From the NCBI GenBank assembly GCA_963766735.1, contig CAVYBU010000004.1:160001-224000 (forward strand): a stretch of DNA of 64,000 nt, written 5' to 3'. The notes under the pieces are model-generated. The model was not told the DNA's origin. It ran no database searches and saw nothing but the letters and a program-made list of their open reading frames with translations. Of this stretch, positions 31,123-41,291 are shown in pieces. The number at the start of each line of letters is the position of its first letter. Position 1 is the stretch's first letter. This stretch comes from an uncultured Chloroflexia bacterium (lineage in GTDB: Bacteria; Chloroflexota; Limnocylindria; Limnocylindrales; CSP1-4). The translations under genes and the position numbers were made by a program.

Positions 31123-31198
31123 TGGAGCCCAGAACGGGACTCGAACCCGTGACCTCATCCTTACCAAGGATGTGCTCTGCCAGCTGAGCTATCTGGGC
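31123..31198 (-). tRNA. tRNA-Thr(GGT)
   Basis: GCCCAGATAGCTCAG...CTTGGTAAG...GGTTCGAGTCC..CCA. Confidence 0.96.
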
Positions 31199-31254
31199 CC
31201 GCGGGAGCGGCGCCGCTACGTTCCGGTCCGCTCCGTTGACGCCTTCGTGCCTGG

Positions 31255-31330
31255 TGGAGCCGACGACGGGACTCGAACCCGGAACCTGCGGTTTACAAAA
31301 CCGCTGCTCTACCAATTGAGCTACGTCGGC
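31255..31330 (-). tRNA. tRNA-Thr(TGT)
   Basis: GCCGACGTAGCTCAATTGG...TTTGTAA...GGTTCGAGTCC..CCA. Confidence 0.96.
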
Positions 31331-31374
31331 ACGCGCGCAGCGTCAAACAAGAGTAGGACTCCGCGAGCCGGGGA

Positions 31375-31403
31375 ATGATACGGCCCGTCGGCGGATGCGT
31401 CAA
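31375..31403 (-). promoter_or_regulatory. sigma70 promoter for tRNA-Thr/tuf operon
   Basis: TTGACG-N17-TATCAT. Confidence 0.7.
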
Positions 31404-33380
31404 ACCTCCGGGGACCCGCCGGAGCCGTCGGCGACTGGATCCGCCGGGGCTGCCGCGGGCTCGACGGCAGGACCGCCGGGCAGCAGCACGTCTTCCGCCG
31501 CCGCATCGTCTGCCGCCGCGGTTTCGGCCGCCACATCTTCCGCCGCCGCATCGTCCGCCGCGGTCTCGGCCGCCACATCTGCCGCCGCATCGTCCGCCGC
31601 GGTCTCGGCCGGCGCGGACAGTTCGGGCTGGGCGGCCGGCATCTCGGGGTCCAGCGCGGCATCGAAGGGCTCGTCCGTCCGTGGCTGAGCCTCCGCCAGG
31701 CGCCGCTGGGCCGCAGCCTCGTAGAGCAGGATCGACCCGGCGACCGCCGCGTTGAGCGACTCCACGTGCCCGTGCATCGGAATCCGCACCAGGAGGTCGC
31801 AGCGGCGGCGCACCACCGGACCCAGGCCGCGGCCCTCGCTACCGACGACGATCGCCACCGGGCCGCGGAGGTCGGCCTCGCGCGCGGTGAGCGGCGCGTC
31901 GCCGTCCGCCCCCACGATCCTCAGGCCGCGCGCGTGGAGGTCCGCGAGGGCACCCGGGAGATCATCGACTGGCGCCAGGCGCAGGTGCTCGACGGCTCCG
32001 GCCGATGCCTTGATGGCCGCCGGGGTCAGCGGCGCCTGCCGATGGGTCGGGAAGATGGCCCCGTGAACCCCCGATGCCTCGGCAGTCCGGAGCAGCGTGC
32101 CGACGTTCTGGGGGTCTTCGAGCGAATCGAGGACGAGCACCAGGGGCGGATCACCGCGCTGCACGGCCACGGCCAGGATGTCGTCCGGGGACGCCCATCG
32201 GCGGGGAGCCACGACGAGCGCGATCCCCTGGTGCCCATCGAACCCGGCGACGGCCGTGAGCGTGCCGCCCTCGACCTCCACCACGGGGATGCGCAGGTTC
32301 ATCGCGTGGAGCACCAGCTTCTCGAGCGCGAGACGGCGCTGCGGGACCACGAGCAGCCGCCTGGCCTCGCGCCGCGCCACGAACGCCTCCTCCACGGGGC
32401 GCCGACCCGCGACGAGCTCGTCGTCGCCGGCAAGGGCCACGGCCGGGGCGATGACGGTCTCCGGGCGCCGTGTGTAGTCGGGTCGGTAGCCGGGCTCGGG
32501 GCGCCCGGGTGCCGGCCGGGTCCGGCCGGGTCCGCCTGGGCCACCGGGGCGGCCACCAGGGCGACCGCCGTACGGGGGACGGCCCTGCCGCGCTCCAGGA
32601 GGCGAGAACGGACGCGGTCCCGGGCGCACGGACGGCACCTGGCGGCGCGGGCTGCTCGAACCCGGCAAAGTCCGCGGCATGATCTGCCTCGGGCCCGGCG
32701 AGGTCGTCGGGACGGGCCTCGGGCCGCGGCTCGTGCCAGGGTTCGGGCCTGGTGTCGCGAGATGGCTCGGGGCGGTCCTCCCACGGGCGGTCACGCCGGT
32801 GATCCTCCCAGGGACGCTGAGGACGCCGATCGGGCGCGCGGTCCTGCCAGGGAGGCGTCGGGCGCTCGGGCGGAACGGCGTCCCAGGGACGAGGCCCGGT
32901 CGGCCGCGCTGGCCCCGAGGGTCGGTCGCCGCCGCCCCGCGGTCCGGGACCTCGGAAGTCTCCGGGGCGGCCGCGTCCAGCAGGCCTGCCCGGGCCGTGT
33001 GCACCGGGGCCTCCGGGGCGTGCTCCGCCGGGCGGCCGGCTACCAGGTCGCGGCGGTTGACCCTCCCGGAACCCGAACCCGCCGCGATGCTGGTCGGCGG
33101 GTCCCCGATCGTCCGGCTGATGTGGGCCGCGATCCTCGCGCGGTCCACCGGGGCCGCGAGGCACGAAGCCGCCCGAACCCGCCGGCGGGAAGCCGCCGCG
33201 ACCGGCGGGCGGGAAGCCGCCGGGTCGCGGTCGCCCACCGGGGCCACCTGGCCTTCCGGGACCCCCTGGCCTGCCCGGGCCGCCGGGCCTCGGCCGGAAG
33301 GAGCCGGCGTGGCCGCCACCTGGGCCGTGGGTTCGCCTCGGGGGTCGGTCGTCGTCGCGGGGCGGCCGTCCGTCAGACAC
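31400..33380 (-). CDS. rlmB: 23S rRNA Gm2251 methyltransferase RlmB (TrmH family) with long disordered N-extension; apparent +1 frameshift near 32635
   Basis: SPOUT core LDSLEDPQNVGTLLRTA, VGSEGRG, ESLNAAVAG; GTG at 33380 overlaps the cysS stop; span 1981 nt = 3n+1; alternative in-frame ATG at 32680. Confidence 0.85.
31490..31612. repeat. three imperfect ~39-45 bp tandem repeats encoding AETAADDAAA(E)DV in the RlmB tail
   Basis: gccgccgcatcgtc..gccgcggt(t/c)tcggcc seen three times. Confidence 0.85.
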
Positions 33381-34782
33381 TGGTCGCCGCCACGAAGCGC
33401 CAGCGCTGTCCGTCGCGTGTGTCCTCGACGGCCACGCCCCGGGCCAGCAGCTCGTCCCGCAGGCGATCGGACGCGGCCCAGTCCCGGGCGGTGCGGGCGG
33501 CTGCCCGCTCGTCGAGCAGGATCAGCAGCTCCGGGTCCAGGCTGTCCGCGGCCGGCGTCGCGATGCCCAGGACCGTATCCAGCTCGCGGACGAACAGGGC
33601 CGCTCTCAGGGCGTCCCCGGTCGAGAGAACGCGGGCGTCGAGCCGGCGGTTCAGCTCCCTCACGCCCTCGAACAGCGCCGCGAGGGCCTCGGAGATGTTG
33701 AGGTCGTCGTCCAGGCCCGCCTCAAAGGCCGACCGGACGCCCTCGAGCATGCTGGACAGGCCTGGATCGTCCGGGTGGTCCTCGCGATAGGCGGCGAGCG
33801 CCGTCAGCAGGGCATCAATGCGTTCCACCGCCGCGGTAGCCGCCGGCAGGGAGTCGTCTGACCAGTTGAGCGGCGCCCGGTAGTTGACCGAGACCAACGC
33901 ATAGCGGATGGCTCGCGGGGACGCTCCGGACGCGATCAGGTCCGTGACCCTGGCGATGTTGCCGACCGACCGAGCCATCTTCTCGCCGCTCAGCCGGAGG
34001 TGGGCGCAGTGAAGCCAGGTCCCGACGAATGGCTGCCCGGTCGCGGCCTCGGACTGGGCGATCTCGTCCTCGTGATGCGGAAAGACGAGGTCCACGCCGC
34101 CGGTGTGGATGTCGAACGACGGCCCGAGATGGGCCATGCTCATCGCCGAGCACTCGATGTGCCAGCCCGGTCTCCCGGGGCCGATCTTGGTGTCCCACGA
34201 CGGCTCGCCGGGCTTGGGGCCCTTCCACAGCGCGAAGTCACGGACGTCGTCCTTCTCGTACAAATCGGCCTCGACCCGCTCCCCCACCCGCATCGCATCG
34301 GGGTCCAGGCGCGCCAACCGCCCATAGGCCGGCCACGACGCGATCCGGAAGAAGATCGAGCCGTCGGCGGTCGCGTAGGCGTGCCCCTTCTCGAGCAGCG
34401 TGCCGATGAGATCGGCGATCTGCGGGATGTGGTCGGTGGCCAGGGGCAGGACGTCCGGACGGCTCATGCCGAGGGCGTCGGCATCGGCCACGAATCGCTG
34501 CGCCCAGCGGTCTGCGAGGTCGGCCGTCGCGATCCCCTCGTCGGCGGCGCGGCGGATGATCCTGTCGTCGATGTCGGTGAGGTTCATCACCCACGTCACA
34601 CGGAGCCCGCGGTAGCGCAGGTAGCGAACCAGGAGATCCGCGAACAGGAACGACCGGAAATTGCCGATGTGGGCGGGGCCGTAGACCGTCGGCCCGCAGC
34701 TGTAGATGCGGACGTGGCCGGGCTCGAGCGGCTGGAGAGGACGGACCTCGCCGGAGAGCGTGTCCTGCAGGCGGATCGTCAT
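33373..34782 (-). CDS. cysS: cysteine--tRNA ligase
   Basis: CGPTVY, HIGN, GRPGWHIECSAM, FPHHEDE, KMARS. Confidence 0.98.
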   Translation of the reverse strand: MTIRLQDTLSGEVRPLQPLEPGHVRIYSCGPTVYGPAHIGNFRSFLFADLLVRYLRYRGLRVTWVMNLTDIDDRIIRRAADEGIATADLADRWAQRFVADADALGMSRPDVLPLATDHIPQIADLIGTLLEKGHAYATADGSIFFRIASWPAYGRLARLDPDAMRVGERVEADLYEKDDVRDFALWKGPKPGEPSWDTKIGPGRPGWHIECSAMSMAHLGPSFDIHTGGVDLVFPHHEDEIAQSEAATGQPFVGTWLHCAHLRLSGEKMARSVGNIARVTDLIASGASPRAIRYALVSVNYRAPLNWSDDSLPAATAAVERIDALLTALAAYREDHPDDPGLSSMLEGVRSAFEAGLDDDLNISEALAALFEGVRELNRRLDARVLSTGDALRAALFVRELDTVLGIATPAADSLDPELLILLDERAAARTARDWAASDRLRDELLARGVAVEDTRDGQRWRFVAATSV

Positions 34783-35969
34783 ATCCCTCCCCAGACGGTT
34801 GCCACCGCGCGAGCCGAGATGGATCGCCCGGCACCCTCGTCCCCGGCCAGGTTGCCGGTCGACGCCTTGACGTTGACAGCGGCCTCGTCCACGCCAAGGA
34901 GCGCCGCGATCGCTGCCCGCATCTGTTCCAGCCGGGCACCGAGCCGCGGGCGCGCGCCGATGATCGTGAGGTCCACGAATGCTGGTCGATAGCCGGCTCC
35001 TGCAAGCCTGGCCACGACCTCGCGCAGCAACGCGTCGCTGGCAACGCCCCTCGGGGTCCGGGCGTCCGCGGGAAACAGGCGGCCGAGGTCACCCAGACCA
35101 GCGGCACCCAGCAGTGCATCGGCGACCGCATGGAGCGCGACGTCACCGTCCGAGTGACCATGGAGCCTCGGGGCGCCCCCGACCTCCACGCCGCCGAGAC
35201 GCAGCGACATGCCTGGTCCGAACGGGTGGCTGTCGTGTCCGAATCCGGTGCGAACGGGCGCGGACGCCAGCGCCCGCTCGACCCGGCGCAGATCGTCGGG
35301 CAGCGTCACCTTGATGTTCGCGGGTTCGCCGGGGATTGCATGGACGTCGATCTTACAGGCCTCAAGCAGGGCGGCCTCATCGGTGAACTCGCGGGGTCCC
35401 TCCGGCGGGAACGTCACCCACGCGTCGAGGAGCAATCCCCGCCGCGCGCCCTGCGGAGTCTGGGCCGCTGCGAGCGAGGAGCGATCCACGGTCTCGTGCA
35501 CGATGCCGTCCCCTACCCGCTTCAGGGTCTCCGCCACGGGCAGCACCGGGATGGCCGCACCGTGGCGGGCAGTTGCGGATGCCACGGCCTCGATGAGCGC
35601 GGTGGACACGAGAGGACGCGCTCCATCGTGGACCAGGACGGGGCGATCGCGCCCTGCCGGGTCCAGCCGGTCGAGCTGATGGACGCCGGCGGCCACGGAT
35701 GCCTGGCGGGTAGCTCCCCCGGCGACAACCGCGTCGACGTGCGGGGGAAGCCACGACGCGGAGGCAGTCTCCTCCACGCGGTCCGCGGAGGCGACGAGGA
35801 CGAGGCGCCCCACGACGGGCGACGCGGCCAGCGCCGCGAGGGTCCATGCCAGCAGCGGCCGTCCCGCCACGGGAGCCATCAGCTTGTCGGTGCCGGCCAT
35901 GCGACGGGATGAGCCGGCGGCAACCACCACGACGTCGACCGCGGGGCGCTCACCGGATCCGGACGCCAC
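34779..35969 (-). CDS. ispDF: bifunctional IspD/IspF (MEP pathway)
   Basis: AAGSSRRM, VHDGARP, QTPQ, then GHDSH, HSDGDVALHA. Confidence 0.93.
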   Translation of the reverse strand: MASGSGERPAVDVVVVAAGSSRRMAGTDKLMAPVAGRPLLAWTLAALAASPVVGRLVLVASADRVEETASASWLPPHVDAVVAGGATRQASVAAGVHQLDRLDPAGRDRPVLVHDGARPLVSTALIEAVASATARHGAAIPVLPVAETLKRVGDGIVHETVDRSSLAAAQTPQGARRGLLLDAWVTFPPEGPREFTDEAALLEACKIDVHAIPGEPANIKVTLPDDLRRVERALASAPVRTGFGHDSHPFGPGMSLRLGGVEVGGAPRLHGHSDGDVALHAVADALLGAAGLGDLGRLFPADARTPRGVASDALLREVVARLAGAGYRPAFVDLTIIGARPRLGARLEQMRAAIAALLGVDEAAVNVKASTGNLAGDEGAGRSISARAVATVWGGI

Positions 35970-35970
35970 C

Positions 35971-37023
35971 TCAGTCCTGTCGAGGCTGGGCGAAGATCAT
36001 CCGACCGGCCACCGTCTGGAGCACGCGGGTGACGGTCAGGTCGACATCGCGGTCGATGAGGCGCGCGCCGCCCTCCACGACGATCATGGTGCCGTCATCG
36101 AGGAAGCCGACCCCCTGGCCAGCCTCCTTGCCCTCCTGGATGATCTTGACCTTCAGCTCCTCACCAGGCAGGACGGCGGGCTTGACCGCGTTGGCCAGCG
36201 AGTTGATGTTCATCACGCGCACGCCCTGGAGCTCCGCCACGCGGTTCAGGTTGAAGTCGTTGGTGAGCACCACCTGGCTCCGCCGTTTCGCCAGCTCCAC
36301 CAGCTTCGCGTCCACCTCGGCAATCCCGGGCGCCTCGTCCTCGACGACCTCGACCGGGGTCCGCAGGTCGCGCTGCATCCGGTTGAGGATCTCGAGACCG
36401 CGCCGCCCCCGGTTCCGGCGGAGCGTGTCGGAAGAATCGGCGATGTGCTGGAGCTCCTCGAGCACGAAGCGCGGTACCACGAGCGTCCCGTAGACGAAGC
36501 CCGACTCGACGATCTCGGCAATCCGGCCGTCGATCAGGACGCTCGTATCCACGACGATCCGCGGCTCGCCCTCCTGGCTCGCCTTCGCCTCGCCGGGGCG
36601 CCGGACGAGGCCGGCGCCTTCGGCGGCGGCGATGAGATCGAAACGCTTCGCGACGGTGAGGCCCATCATCCCGAGACCGAGGAACAGGGAGATGCCGAGC
36701 GGCAGCCAGGTGCCGAGCGGGCCCTCGATCTGGGCCAGCGGCAGGCCCAGCAGGAGGCCCAGCAGCAGGCCGATGAACAGGCCCAGGACTGCGGCCACGA
36801 ACTCCGCCGTGGACAGCTCCTGGACGCGGCCGACGAGCCAGGCCGCCGGCACGACCGTGAGGTACGGGAGCAGGGCGAAGCCGACCACGAGCCAGGCGAT
36901 CGTCCACGCGGCGAGGATGAACCCGCCGTACTCGACCCCCGTGAAGAGGCCGGTGGCGCTGGCCAGCCCGAGGCCGATGAAGGCGCCGAGTGCCGCCCCC
37001 AGGACCCGGATCGTCCGAATCAC
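35971..37023 (-). CDS. PIN/TRAM domain membrane protein (YacL family)
   Basis: Four TM helices, VDTSVLIDGRI, TNDFNLNRVA, GVGFLDDGTM; radA-ispD synteny. Confidence 0.93.
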   Translation of the reverse strand: MIRTIRVLGAALGAFIGLGLASATGLFTGVEYGGFILAAWTIAWLVVGFALLPYLTVVPAAWLVGRVQELSTAEFVAAVLGLFIGLLLGLLLGLPLAQIEGPLGTWLPLGISLFLGLGMMGLTVAKRFDLIAAAEGAGLVRRPGEAKASQEGEPRIVVDTSVLIDGRIAEIVESGFVYGTLVVPRFVLEELQHIADSSDTLRRNRGRRGLEILNRMQRDLRTPVEVVEDEAPGIAEVDAKLVELAKRRSQVVLTNDFNLNRVAELQGVRVMNINSLANAVKPAVLPGEELKVKIIQEGKEAGQGVGFLDDGTMIVVEGGARLIDRDVDLTVTRVLQTVAGRMIFAQPRQD

Positions 37024-37120
37024 GCTGCTCCTCGATCGATGCGGCCGCCGCCCGGTCGTGCGTCCGGCGCAGGATGGCCGAGCCTAGCACGCGCCCGTGC
37101 GCGCCCGCACCCGCCGACGG

Positions 37121-38557
37121 TCATCTTCCGCGCGGAGAGGATGGCACGGGCTCCGCGAGTGCCGCGCGGATCGCCTCCGCGAGCGAGCCGACGACGATCA
37201 CCTCGATGCCGGAGAACGCCGCAGGACCCCCATGGCTCGAGCGCGGGATGATCGCCCGCGTGAACCCGAGGCGGGCCGCCTCCCGGAGCCGGCGGTCCAG
37301 CCCGCCGACGGCACGGAGCTCGCCCAGCAGCCCGACCTCGCCGATGGCCACGGTGCCGGTCACGAGCGGACGATCGCGAAGCGACGACGCCAGGGCGAGG
37401 GCGAGCGGCAGGTCAAGCCCGGGCTCGGTCACGGACAATCCGCCCGCGAGGTTGGCATAGACGTCGTGCCCGGACAGGGCGATGCCGGCACGCCGGCCGA
37501 GCACGGCCACCAGCAAGGCGAGCCGGTTGTGGTCCACGCCCGACGCGGTCCGGCGTGGCGTCGGCGCGGAGGTGGGGGCCACCAGCGCCTGGACCTCCAC
37601 GAGCAGCGGCCGGGAGCCCTCCAGGATCGGGGCGACGACGCTGCCCGGCGCCGGAGCGTCGTGCTCCGCCAGGAACGCGCGCGCCGGATCCACGACCTCC
37701 GCCAGGCCGCGGTCCCCCATCTCGAACACGCCGACCTCCTCGGTGGAGCCGTAGCGGTTCTTGGTCGCGCGAAGCAGCCGCAGCCCGCCGGTCCGGTCAC
37801 CCTCCACGGACAGGACGACGTCAACAAGGTGCTCGAGCGTCTTGGGACCGGCGAGCGTCCCGTCCTTGGTCACGTGGCCGACCAGGACGATGGGGATCCC
37901 GTCGGCCTTGGCAAGCTCCATGAGCCTGAGGGTGGCCTCCCGGACCTGGCCCACGCTTCCCGGGGGGCCGTCGAGCTCCTCCGAGGCCACGGTCTGCACG
38001 GAGTCCACGACCAGCAGCCCGGGGCGCTGCGCGCGGGCAAGATCCACGATGTGCCCGACGCCCGTCTCGGCGACCACGCTGACCGCCTCCGCGACCGGGC
38101 CCTCCGTGAGACCCAGACGAGCCGCGCGCAGCCGCACCTGGCGCACCGACTCCTCGCCCGTCGCGTAGAGAACGGTCGCCGGAGGGATGCGCAGGCCCAC
38201 AGCAGTGACGGCGCCCGTCGCCACGCCTTCGGCAACCTGGAGCAGGAGCGTGGACTTGCCGATCCCCGGCTCGCCCCCGAGCAGCACGACGGATCCGGCC
38301 ACCAGGCCGCCACCCAGGACGCGGTCCAGCTCACCGATCCCGATCGGACGGCGGACCTCGTCCGTGGCGTCATCGGCCCGGGCAAGGGGGACGGGGGCCG
38401 AGCCGGCCCGCGCGGCCGTCGGCCTGGGACGGGGCGTGTCGTGAACGACCGTCTCCACGAGAGTGTTCCACTCACCGCAGGTGCGGCACTGGCCTTCCCA
38501 CCGGAGCACGGCGGCCTCGCACGACTGGCAGACGAAGCGACTCTGGGTGCGGGCCAC
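37121..38557 (-). CDS. radA: DNA repair protein RadA/Sms
   Basis: N-terminal C4 finger, GGEPGIGKST, KNRYG. Confidence 0.97.
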   Translation of the reverse strand: MARTQSRFVCQSCEAAVLRWEGQCRTCGEWNTLVETVVHDTPRPRPTAARAGSAPVPLARADDATDEVRRPIGIGELDRVLGGGLVAGSVVLLGGEPGIGKSTLLLQVAEGVATGAVTAVGLRIPPATVLYATGEESVRQVRLRAARLGLTEGPVAEAVSVVAETGVGHIVDLARAQRPGLLVVDSVQTVASEELDGPPGSVGQVREATLRLMELAKADGIPIVLVGHVTKDGTLAGPKTLEHLVDVVLSVEGDRTGGLRLLRATKNRYGSTEEVGVFEMGDRGLAEVVDPARAFLAEHDAPAPGSVVAPILEGSRPLLVEVQALVAPTSAPTPRRTASGVDHNRLALLVAVLGRRAGIALSGHDVYANLAGGLSVTEPGLDLPLALALASSLRDRPLVTGTVAIGEVGLLGELRAVGGLDRRLREAARLGFTRAIIPRSSHGGPAAFSGIEVIVVGSLAEAIRAALAEPVPSSPRGR

Positions 38558-38575
38558 GGCTGGCGCGGACCGCCG

Positions 38576-41050
<2,475 letters not shown>

Positions 41051-41227
41051 GCGGCCGGCTCGTCTCTCCCTGGTCGCGGAGGCGACCTGAGGGCCATGCT
41101 AGCACCGGTGCCTCCGAGCGGCGATGACCCGTTCGAGCCGGCGTGGCCGGGTGGTACCGGGTGTCACCGGTCGTGCCGGTCCACGACCGCGAGGGAAAGC
41201 CGACCACCCCGAGACCGCGACGGAATC

Positions 41228-41257
41228 GAAACGACCCGCCGGGGGCCGGCGGGTCGT
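41228..41257 (-). terminator. intrinsic terminator after rpsA
   Basis: acgacccgccgg-ggg-ccggcgggtcgt 12-bp stem followed by a short T run on minus strand. Confidence 0.6.
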
Positions 41258-41291
41258 GGGAGTAGACGAAGGGGGCAGGATCTCCGGGCGA

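Noticed and set aside
31199-31254. Degenerate tRNA-Tyr remnant
   Set aside because: Too short, no T-loop or D-loop consensus; only a simple hairpin
31055-31315. 87-aa N-terminal extension on the second EF-Tu
   Set aside because: Runs through two tRNA genes; the real start is GTG at 31054
41095-41200. Possible CIRCE/CtsR operator upstream of clpC
   Set aside because: Only short GC-rich palindromes (gcaccggtgc); no TTAGCACTC-N9-GAGTGCTAA or GTCAAA heptad repeat
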